This document shows positions 6,576-13,949 of a stretch of 13,949 nt of DNA, one piece after another (within the stretch, counting starts at the first letter, position 1; each line of letters starts with the position of its first letter). Under the pieces are notes generated by a model, which saw only the letters and a program-made list of their open reading frames with translations, was not told where the DNA came from and did no database searches. The stretch is from Planctomycetota bacterium (lineage in GTDB: Bacteria > Planctomycetota > UBA1135): assembly GCA_045047305.1 (NCBI GenBank), contig JASFYO010000087.1, positions 1-13,949 on the forward strand. The letters run 5' to 3'. The position numbers and the translations under genes were made by a program.

Positions 6576-9047
6576 ATGGCCGACGAAAAAGCCCCTGTAG
6601 TCCAGCCCATCCCGGATACGGTGATCGAGAAGGAAATGTGTGAGAGTTATCTCACCTATGCCCTTTCCGTGATTCATGACCGGGCTTTGCCGGATGTCCG
6701 CGACGGATTAAAACCGTCGCAACGCCGCATCCTTGTGGCCATGAATGACCTGCACTTGCGCCCTGGAGCCAAGTATCGAAAGTGCGCGAAGATTGCCGGT
6801 GATACATCCGGTAACTACCACCCGCACGGTGAGTCGGTGATTTACCCGACCCTCGTACGCATGGCGCAGCCTTTCCGTTTGCGGCACTGCTTGGTCGATG
6901 GCCAAGGTAACTTCGGCTCTATCGACGGCGACCCACCGGCTGCTATGCGATACACCGAGGCCAAGATGACCGGTCCAGCAGAAGAAATGCTGACCGACTT
7001 GGACAAGGACACCGCAGACCTTAAGTCGAACTACGATGAAACGCGGATGGAGCCAACGGTGCTCCCGGGCAAGTTTCCAAACTTGTTGGTCAACGGTTCG
7101 GAAGGTATTGCAGTGGGCATGTCCACCGCATTGCCGCCGCACAACTTGTTGGAGGTGCTGAACGCGATCCGCCACTTGTTGGATAATCCGGATTGCAATG
7201 TGCGCGATTTAATGCAAATCGTCACCGGCCCCGATTTCCCTACTGGCGGCATCATTTGTGGTCGTAGTGGCATCGCAGAGGCCTACCTGACTGGCCGTGG
7301 TCGAGTCATCCTGCGCGCAAGGATGCACCTAGAAGAATCCGGCGGGCGCGGACGCGATAGCCTCGTCATTACCGAGATCCCTTACGAGCGTGAGAAGGCG
7401 GCAATCATCGAGAAGATTGCTCTAGAGGTTAAGAATGAGCGCATTGAGGGCATTCACGACATCCGTGATGAATCCTCGCGTGAAGGCATGCGGCTCGTCA
7501 TCGAGTTGCGCAAAGATGGCGATCCGGTGGTGGTGGAGAACCTGTTGTACAAGCACAGCAGTCTTCAAATCACCTATGCCATCCGCAACACGGCGTTGAT
7601 TGAAGGTCAGCCGCGCACCTTGAACTTGAAGGAGTTGGTTGCGGCTTATCGCGATCACCGCTTCGATGTCATCCGCCGCCGCACGCGTTTCTTGCTGAAT
7701 AAAGCAGAGCATCGCTTGCACATCCTCGAAGGCTTGATGATTGCGATTCAATCCATCGACGAAGTGGTGGAAATCATCAAGGCGTCCGCGGATACGCAAG
7801 CGGCTCGCCAAGGATTGGAGGCGGCGTTTAGCCTCACGCCGATTCAGTCACAGGCCATTGTGGACATGCGCCTTGGCCGTTTGACCGGGCTGGAAATCGA
7901 GAAGCTGCAGGTCGAGATCGATGGCCTCAAGGTAGACATCGCTTGGTTCCGCCGGATTTTGGCGGAAGACGAGTTGGTGTTCAACATCATCCGTGAAGAC
8001 CTCGATGACCTCGAGAAGAAGTATGCCGAGCCGCGCCGCAGTGAGATTGGCGAGGGCGTGCAAGACTTCTTAACCGAGGATTTAATCACCGAGGAGACGA
8101 TGGCCGTTACGGTGAGTAGTCAGGGTTACGTTAAGCGCACTTCGGTGGATGCTTATCGCGCACAATCGCGCGGCGGACGTGGCATCGCAGGCGGCAAGGC
8201 GAAAGATGGCGACATCCTCTCGCACTTGTTCGTGTGTAGCACTCACGATTACTTGTTGGTCATCACCGACCGTGGACGCCTCTATTGGCTCAAGGTTTAT
8301 CGCTTGCCAGAGCAAGAGCGCACCGCGAAGGGACGTTCGATTCGTAACCTCATTGAGGGCATTCAGCCAGATGAGGAAATCCGCTCCATCCTTTCCACCC
8401 GTAACTTCGATGAAAGCGATTACCTGGTATTCGCAACCGAGAAAGGCAAGGTGAAGAAAACCGAGCTGAAGGCTTACTCGAACGTGCGTAGCGCTGGCAT
8501 CATTGCGACCAAGCTCGAAGAGGGCGATCGCTTGATTGGCACGCGTTTGGTCTCGAAGAGCAATGAAGTCATGCTGATTACTGCTGGCGGTCAGGTTGTG
8601 CGTTTCCGCGAGGACGATGCACGTGCCATGGGCCGAAACGCAGCTGGCGTGAAAGGTGCTTCCTTGCGCGGCGATGACAAGGTCGTCGACCTTATCACCG
8701 GTAGTGAAGAGGAGTACCTCCTGCTCGTGTGTGAGAACGGCTATGGCAAACAGACCCGCATCGGCGAGTTCCGTTTGACCAAGCGTGGTTCTCAGGGCGT
8801 AGTGGGTATTAAAACTAATGAGCGCAACGGCCTTGTGGTCAATGCGCGGAATGCGAGCCGTTGTGATGAAGTCATCTTCTCCACTACTGGCGGCATGTTG
8901 GTGCGTACCAAGATCGACGAAATCTCCAAGCAAGGTCGTGCCACTCAAGGCGTGCGCTTGGTGAACCTCAAGGATGGTGACAAGATTGCCAGCCTGGCTG
9001 CGATTCCTCGTGAAGAGGGAAATGATTCTTCGGAAGATTCCGAATAG
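6576..9047 (+). CDS. gyrA: DNA gyrase subunit A
   Basis: RALPDVRDGLKP, YHPHG and AAMRYTE (catalytic Tyr at 6951-6953), C-terminal pinwheel repeats and an acidic tail. The GyrA-box QSRGGRG (8163-8183) distinguishes it from ParC. Confidence 0.97.
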   Translation: MADEKAPVVQPIPDTVIEKEMCESYLTYALSVIHDRALPDVRDGLKPSQRRILVAMNDLHLRPGAKYRKCAKIAGDTSGNYHPHGESVIYPTLVRMAQPFRLRHCLVDGQGNFGSIDGDPPAAMRYTEAKMTGPAEEMLTDLDKDTADLKSNYDETRMEPTVLPGKFPNLLVNGSEGIAVGMSTALPPHNLLEVLNAIRHLLDNPDCNVRDLMQIVTGPDFPTGGIICGRSGIAEAYLTGRGRVILRARMHLEESGGRGRDSLVITEIPYEREKAAIIEKIALEVKNERIEGIHDIRDESSREGMRLVIELRKDGDPVVVENLLYKHSSLQITYAIRNTALIEGQPRTLNLKELVAAYRDHRFDVIRRRTRFLLNKAEHRLHILEGLMIAIQSIDEVVEIIKASADTQAARQGLEAAFSLTPIQSQAIVDMRLGRLTGLEIEKLQVEIDGLKVDIAWFRRILAEDELVFNIIREDLDDLEKKYAEPRRSEIGEGVQDFLTEDLITEETMAVTVSSQGYVKRTSVDAYRAQSRGGRGIAGGKAKDGDILSHLFVCSTHDYLLVITDRGRLYWLKVYRLPEQERTAKGRSIRNLIEGIQPDEEIRSILSTRNFDESDYLVFATEKGKVKKTELKAYSNVRSAGIIATKLEEGDRLIGTRLVSKSNEVMLITAGGQVVRFREDDARAMGRNAAGVKGASLRGDDKVVDLITGSEEEYLLLVCENGYGKQTRIGEFRLTKRGSQGVVGIKTNERNGLVVNARNASRCDEVIFSTTGGMLVRTKIDEISKQGRATQGVRLVNLKDGDKIASLAAIPREEGNDSSEDSE

Positions 9048-9051
9048 GAGG
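9046..9051 (+). promoter_or_regulatory. Shine-Dalgarno site for yqeY
   Basis: AGGAGG overlaps the gyrA stop and lies 7 nt upstream of ATG 9059. Confidence 0.75.
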
Positions 9052-9058
9052 TAGATGC

Positions 9059-9535
9059 ATGTTGCAAAGACTCAACGATGAAATCAAACAGGCCATGCGT
9101 GACAGAGCTAAGTTGCGCCTGCAGACCTTGCGTTCGATTATGAACGACTTCAAGAATGGGGGCATTGATAAGAAGGGCGCGAAAGGCCTGACTGAAGAAG
9201 TGGCATCTCCGGCGGAGTACTTGGACGAATCTGAGATGGTGAAGATCCTCCAGGGTGCGGCCAAGCGTCGGCGTGAAGCCGCCGAGCAGTTCACGGTGGG
9301 AAATCGTCCGGAACTTGCTGCTCAGGAAGAAGAGGAACTTGGCATTTTGGAGGAGTTCTTGCCTGCAGCGATGGGGGAAGAGGAGCTCAAGGCCATCGTC
9401 GCCAAAGCCATCGCCGAAGTCGGAGCTAGCTCCATGGCTGATATGGGCAAGGTGATGAAAGTGGTCCAAGGCGAAGTCGCTGGACGCGCGGAAGGTGGTG
9501 CGATTTCCGGAATCGTGCGGGGATTGCTCGGATGA
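9059..9535 (+). CDS. GatB/YqeY domain protein
   Basis: Motifs IKQAMR...LQTLR, KRRREAAEQF..GNRPELAAQE..EL.ILEEFLP, DMGKVMK and GRAEG; 158 aa. Confidence 0.93.
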   Translation: MLQRLNDEIKQAMRDRAKLRLQTLRSIMNDFKNGGIDKKGAKGLTEEVASPAEYLDESEMVKILQGAAKRRREAAEQFTVGNRPELAAQEEEELGILEEFLPAAMGEEELKAIVAKAIAEVGASSMADMGKVMKVVQGEVAGRAEGGAISGIVRGLLG

Positions 9536-9807
9536 GTGAACCCAAAAAAGTGGTTTTCCAAAAGCGCTACATTGCTTATGGCATTGTGTACTTGGCAATA
9601 TTAACGGGGCTTTCTCAGCTCACTATTAAGAAGGCTTTCGATAAGTCACAGGAGCTTGCTAACTACCAAATCGAGAAAACACGGCGTTTCCTCGGCGAAG
9701 AAAAGGCGCGCGAGATGTCGGATTACATTCACGGTGAAAACCAGAATGAAAAAGAGGCTCCTGCATTAGATGCAGAAGCCTCGGTTGAGCAGACAGTCGA
9801 GAAGTAA
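9532..9807 (+). CDS. Small hypothetical single-pass membrane protein
   Basis: ATGA overlap with the yqeY stop. Basic N-terminus, one hydrophobic stretch YIAYGIVYLAILTGLSQLTI and a charged tail. It fills the gap up to the convergent gene. Confidence 0.7.
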   Translation: MSEPKKVVFQKRYIAYGIVYLAILTGLSQLTIKKAFDKSQELANYQIEKTRRFLGEEKAREMSDYIHGENQNEKEAPALDAEASVEQTVEK

Positions 9808-9828
9808 GACTTCGCGTTGTTCGCAGGC

Positions 9829-11247
9829 CTAAGTTAGGAACCTAAAGTGCACGTAGATGGTGGCAATGATGACGCTCATGATCATCATTGGGAATGCCGT
9901 TTTAAGGAATGTGACAAACCGAATCGGATGTCCTGCACGTTCTGCGAAGCCAGCCACAATCAGGTTTGCGCTGGCACCGATTAAGCTACCGTTGCCACCA
10001 AGGCACGCTCCAAGCGAGAGCGACCACCAGATGGCATGCTCTTCGGCGTGGTTCAACTCATGGCCGTTCGCAGCCAGCTGATCCAAGGCTCCATGTATGG
10101 TTGGAATCATGGTGGCGACAAAGGGAATGTTGTCGACGACCGAAGATGCAATCGCAGAAACCCACATGATGGACAGGGCCAACACGCTACTGATTTCCTT
10201 GGTGCTATCTATGCCATCGGTTAGGCCAACTACGTGGCCGGCCAAAATGTCGAGTGCGCCAGCTTGTTCAAGCCCACCAACAATCACGAATAGTCCGACG
10301 AAGAAGAAGATGGTGACCCACTCCACCTCTCCCGAAGTGTTGTGTACGTTCTCTCCTTTCTCTTCCACGGACCGGCCTAAGTTATCGAGCAGTAGCAGCA
10401 AGGCTGCACCAAACATGGCTACCGTTGCAGGTTCTAAGCCAGCACCATGACCGAAAACAAAACCGATCAAAACGAGAACAAGGACACCTAAGGACTTTTT
10501 CAACAGAGGAACATCTTTAATGGCCTCCTTCTCACGGAAGTTCATGACCCGTTGGCGGGCTTCTGCAGTGGCTTTCATTTTACGCCCCCAAACAATCCAA
10601 ATCGGCAGGAAAGTCGCAATGAGAATGACCGGCACGATAGGCGCTACCTCCGTGATGAAGTCATTGAAGGTGATGGAATCAACCAGTGAGCCAATCAGGA
10701 TGTTGGGTGGATCGCCAATCAGGGTGGCTGTACCCCCGATGTTGGAGAACATAATCTCGGCGAAGAGGAATGGGTACGGCTTGATTTCCAATTCCTCGGT
10801 AATCAGCAAGGTCACGGGCGCAATTAAAAGCACGGTGGTGACGTTGTCGAGCAATGCGGAAAGAATCGCAGTCACTAGGCCCAGCATGACCAAGATGCCC
10901 CAAGGGCTAGCCTTCACCTTTTTCGCTGACCAAATGGCCAGATATTGGAAGACACCGCTGCGCCGGGTGATGGCCACGATGATCATCATTCCGGTTAGGA
11001 GGCCGATGGTGTTCCAGTCGATCCCCATGATGGCAGTCTCTTGCGTATGCACGCCTACCAGAATCATGGCACCGCCGCCGAGCATCGCTATCACCGCGCG
11101 GTTGAAGCGCTCGGCCATGATGACGGCATAGGTCAGCCCGAAAATGATTCCGGCGACTAGGAGAGGATCAAGTCCAAACAGTACATGAGGCCCACTTTCG
11201 CCAGCGGCGGGGGCCCCATGCTGTAATAGCATGGAGATTAGGTTCAT
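9829..11247 (-). CDS. ArsB/NhaD (ion transporter superfamily) permease, substrate unknown
   Basis: Polytopic membrane protein with repeated motifs SALLDNVTT / SSVVDNIPF and SNIGGTATLIGDPPN / CLGGNGSLIGASAN, plus IDWNTIGLL and VEWVTIFFF. Confidence 0.9.
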   Translation of the reverse strand: MNLISMLLQHGAPAAGESGPHVLFGLDPLLVAGIIFGLTYAVIMAERFNRAVIAMLGGGAMILVGVHTQETAIMGIDWNTIGLLTGMMIIVAITRRSGVFQYLAIWSAKKVKASPWGILVMLGLVTAILSALLDNVTTVLLIAPVTLLITEELEIKPYPFLFAEIMFSNIGGTATLIGDPPNILIGSLVDSITFNDFITEVAPIVPVILIATFLPIWIVWGRKMKATAEARQRVMNFREKEAIKDVPLLKKSLGVLVLVLIGFVFGHGAGLEPATVAMFGAALLLLLDNLGRSVEEKGENVHNTSGEVEWVTIFFFVGLFVIVGGLEQAGALDILAGHVVGLTDGIDSTKEISSVLALSIMWVSAIASSVVDNIPFVATMIPTIHGALDQLAANGHELNHAEEHAIWWSLSLGACLGGNGSLIGASANLIVAGFAERAGHPIRFVTFLKTAFPMMIMSVIIATIYVHFRFLT

Positions 11248-11711
11248 GCGTCGAGGCCTGCAAAGAGTCTTTCAAGAACATCCCAGTAAGAGACGATGCC
11301 CACGAGTTTGCCACTATCCGGATCCACCACCGGCATATTGCCGCGGCTTTGGTATAGCGACTGCATTACGTTGGTGAGATCGTCCTCTGGATTAAGGACT
11401 TCAGAATCCTCATCGATGTAATCGCCGACCGGATCATTCCAGTTGTCTGAGAGACGACGACGAATGTCATTCATGTTGTCGTGCACAAAGCTGATATCCG
11501 CCATCGGACCCTTCAGCCCCATAGCAGCAACATGCGGCATGCCGAGTGCAAGTACGCCTTGTACGCCGAATTGTCCCAGTAGGATGCCGGAATCGTCGAC
11601 GATGGGGATGCTACGAAAACGCCGCTCAGTGAGCAGACGAATGGTACTACCGAGGGTCGTATCAGGCGATACGGTGACCAAGTCGGTAGTCATGATGGAG
11701 GCGCATGTCAT
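11244..11711 (-). CDS. Stand-alone CBS-pair protein
   Basis: IMTTDLVTVSPD...RSIPIVDDSGILLG and MPVVDPDSGKLVGIVSYWDVL. Its stop overlaps the transporter start (ATGA). Confidence 0.92.
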   Translation of the reverse strand: MTCASIMTTDLVTVSPDTTLGSTIRLLTERRFRSIPIVDDSGILLGQFGVQGVLALGMPHVAAMGLKGPMADISFVHDNMNDIRRRLSDNWNDPVGDYIDEDSEVLNPEDDLTNVMQSLYQSRGNMPVVDPDSGKLVGIVSYWDVLERLFAGLDA

Positions 11712-11773
11712 GGGATGAAAACGGAGCTGACAAGATTAGGGTGGCCCAATGCTTTGGTCTAGGAATTCCGGCG

Positions 11774-11803
11774 TTGGCATGGGCATGGGAAGATAGTCAT
11801 AAT
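11774..11803 (+). promoter_or_regulatory. Putative sigma70 promoter for murJ with leaderless geometry
   Basis: TTGGCA (11774-11779), 18-nt spacer, CATAAT (11798-11803), then 7 nt to ATG 11811. Confidence 0.55.
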
Positions 11804-11810
11804 CCCCTAC

Positions 11811-13367
11811 ATGACTACGGTTTCCGGAAACGATGGTGGAGGACGTCACGCTTTGCGCGGTGCTTTAGTCATGTCGGCCTGGACCTTGGTTTCACGAGTC
11901 CTCGGTTTCGTCCGCGACGCCATGATGCTCTCGATTTTTGGAGCCAGCGCCGGGCAGGGTGCGTTTTTGCTTGCCTGGACCATTCCCAATTTATTCCGCA
12001 AGCTTTTAGGCGAGGGCGCAGTCTCCGCAGCCGTGCAACCGGCGTTGATGAAGGCCGAAACGGAGGAAGGAGAAGAGGCGGCGAAGGCACTCTTCGCGTC
12101 GTTCCAGGGATTTTTGGTGGTGGCTTTGATTGGGCTGGTGGTTCTTGGAGAAATCATCATCTGGAGTTGGCGCTCACAGCTTTCAGCAGTCGAGGCCAAC
12201 TACGATCTTCGCCGCACTCTCTACTTTTCTGCCTTCCTCTTGCCTTATGTGATTCCAATTTGTTTGTGCGCTCTTTGCGCTGCACCACAGAATCTGCGCA
12301 ACCGCTTCTGGCGCCCAGCACTGGCGCCAGCGATGCTCAATGTGGTATGGATTTTGGGTTTGTGGACGCTTGCCTATTCCCTGGACTACAGCCAAGGTGT
12401 GATCAACGGCCTATGTACGGTCATTCTCGTCGGTGGGCTATTGCAATGGGCCCTGCAGTGGACCGGCTTGTATGGCATGGGTTGGCCAGTGAAGCCTCGT
12501 TTTCAGCTACGAGATGTGCGGCGTAATCGCGCAATCAAGGCCTTCGCGCCAGCATTGCTCGGCATGGCGGCACTGCAAATCAATGTTGCGATGGACCAAG
12601 TACTGGTGAGGAGCTTGGTCGACGACTCGGCAAACAACTATTCCTTTTACGCTAACCGCATGCTGCACTTGCCGTTGGCTTTGGTGGGAGTTGCGGCCAT
12701 GACCGGCTCGATGCCACTGTTTTCGCGCCTTGCATCGCAACGCAAGTTAAAGGAATTAGGAGATGCCCTGAACCGAGGATGTGAGAGCACCCTTCTGCTC
12801 ATCTGCGCTGCCGGGATCGGTCTCGCCGTGATTGCCCATCCATTGCTCACCCTGATGTTTCAGCGTGGCGCATTCACTGCCGAAGACGTCGACCTACTCA
12901 CGCCAACTCTCCATGCTTATCTTTGGGTGCTGCCATTTGCCACGGTCGGTGGACTCTTGACCCGCGCGCATCAGAGTTTGAGCTCCTATCGTTTACCGGC
13001 CCTGGCCGCCCTGGCTTCCATCCCAGTCAATCTGGTGTTGGATGTGGTCCTTTTACCGCGTTATGGAGTGCCTGGTGCCGGCATAGCCACGACCCTTTCG
13101 ATGTTGGTTCAAACACTGATTTTACTCTGGAGCATGTCGAGCATAGGGTTGCGTTTCCCCTTGCGATGGAAGAAGTTACATGGAATCCTGCTACCTGGAA
13201 TTGCAGCTGGAGCCGGGGCTAGTTTCATGCTTCATTTTGGCCCAACGCCTTATGCGCTACCGGGGCTGATTTTGGCGATTGTGGCCGGCGCGATGGCTGG
13301 AGCATGGGTCACCTGGTTACTCAGGCCCCAGGATTTTCGCGATCTTCTACGCGCCCTAATGAGGTAG
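11811..13367 (+). CDS. murJ: Lipid II flippase MurJ (MviN)
   Basis: Motifs TLVSRVLGFVRD, AWTIPNLFRKLLGEGA, PAMLNV, LQINVAMD, YANRMLHLP and FQRGAF; 518-aa polytopic protein. Confidence 0.94.
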   Translation: MTTVSGNDGGGRHALRGALVMSAWTLVSRVLGFVRDAMMLSIFGASAGQGAFLLAWTIPNLFRKLLGEGAVSAAVQPALMKAETEEGEEAAKALFASFQGFLVVALIGLVVLGEIIIWSWRSQLSAVEANYDLRRTLYFSAFLLPYVIPICLCALCAAPQNLRNRFWRPALAPAMLNVVWILGLWTLAYSLDYSQGVINGLCTVILVGGLLQWALQWTGLYGMGWPVKPRFQLRDVRRNRAIKAFAPALLGMAALQINVAMDQVLVRSLVDDSANNYSFYANRMLHLPLALVGVAAMTGSMPLFSRLASQRKLKELGDALNRGCESTLLLICAAGIGLAVIAHPLLTLMFQRGAFTAEDVDLLTPTLHAYLWVLPFATVGGLLTRAHQSLSSYRLPALAALASIPVNLVLDVVLLPRYGVPGAGIATTLSMLVQTLILLWSMSSIGLRFPLRWKKLHGILLPGIAAGAGASFMLHFGPTPYALPGLILAIVAGAMAGAWVTWLLRPQDFRDLLRALMR

Positions 13368-13431
13368 GTGGCATAAAGAAAGCGCCTTTGTAGGTGACCG
13401 CGGTCAGATACCTGATACTTTTGGGTAATTC

Positions 13432-13949
13432 ATGTTTGCAACTCTCACCTCTCTATTCATCCTCACAACGACGGTCGGTACTGGCCTCGAGATAGATGGA
13501 AAAACCTCGCTGACCAAGCTGATGGGATCTCCAGTCGAGATACACATCACTGGCACACCCGGGCAACCAGCCACTTTGTTGCTCGACGTGGATTCCGGCC
13601 CTTCCATATTCCGCGGCGTTAGTGTCCCGCTTGGGCTCACCTCCGCATTCCATAGCATTCCTTTGGGATTGATTCCTGGAGGAGGTGTTTTGGACCTCCA
13701 GGTCACGTTGCCGAACAAGCCAAGTTTGCACCTACAAAAGTTGTACGTGATTGCGGCCATCACCGATCCCGCATTCCCAGGTGGATTCGAGCTGTCGAAT
13801 ACGGTTGAAATCACCCTGACCGACCGCAATATGCAGCTAGCAGGCAACCGGTTGGCCACATACCCATCCTTTGAATATGTAAGCGCCTTTAATCAAGGCG
13901 AGAACATTGGCGTCGCAGTAGAGACTAGCTTGTATCCAGAAATCATTGG
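13432..13949 (+). CDS. Partial (runs off right edge) putative secreted protein of unknown function
   Basis: Manual translation is open for 172 codons to the edge: MFATLTSLFILTTTVGTGLEIDGKTSLTKLMGSPVEIHITGTPGQPATLLLDVDSGP...GGFELSNTVEITLTDRNMQLAGNRLATYPSFEYVSAFNQG. It has a hydrophobic N-terminus and beta-rich character. Not in the ORF track. Confidence 0.8.
   Translation, partial: MFATLTSLFILTTTVGTGLEIDGKTSLTKLMGSPVEIHITGTPGQPATLLLDVDSGPSIFRGVSVPLGLTSAFHSIPLGLIPGGGVLDLQVTLPNKPSLHLQKLYVIAAITDPAFPGGFELSNTVEITLTDRNMQLAGNRLATYPSFEYVSAFNQGENIGVAVETSLYPEII

Noticed and set aside
8082..8948. 288-aa antisense ORF and other long minus-strand ORFs over dsbD, gyrA and yqeY
   Set aside because: These are shadow frames of conserved genes, expected from codon bias in GC-rich DNA, and show no recognisable motifs.
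6576..9047. parC, or an intein-containing gyrA
   Set aside because: The GyrA-box is present, the 823-aa length is normal, and the sequence is continuous after the catalytic Tyr.
9829..11247. Arsenic-resistance locus
   Set aside because: The family name alone is insufficient, and there is no arsR, arsC, arsA or arsD in the window.
11705..12526. 273-aa alternative-frame ORF overlapping murJ
   Set aside because: It overlaps a well-supported gene in another frame and has an Arg/Ser/Gly-rich composition typical of off-frame translation.
13404..13859. 151-aa minus-strand ORF (and 13453..13731)
   Set aside because: The plus-strand frame from 13432 is open to the edge, has a signal-like N-terminus and better explains the region.

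Overview
A gene-dense, apparently core-genome bacterial segment. It is most likely from the PVC superphylum, probably Planctomycetota, inferred from the GyrA QRDR 'HPHGESVIYPTLVR', the tRNA-Asp loop and the style of the secreted proteins. Gene order: partial lipoprotein (-), mazG (+), tRNA-Asp(GTC) (+), bidirectional terminator, unknown lipoprotein (-) coupled to thiI (-), tRNA-Val(TAC) (+), DsbD-like reductase with a duplicated N-terminal domain (+), divergent dapF (+), gyrA (+), yqeY (+), small membrane protein (+), ArsB/NhaD-family transporter (-) coupled to a stand-alone CBS protein (-), murJ (+), and a partial secreted protein (+). The two edge ORFs are missing from the ORF track. I see no mobile element, CRISPR array, defence system or clearly new multi-gene system. 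The best leads are small-scale: a non-canonical tRNA-Asp loop (G37/A38), a palindromic bidirectional -10 shared by thiI and tRNA-Val, repeated leaderless-type promoter geometry, altered DapF motifs, tandem redox domains in DsbD, charge-free signal peptides and several uncharacterised exported proteins. All calls come from reading the sequence by eye; no searches were run.
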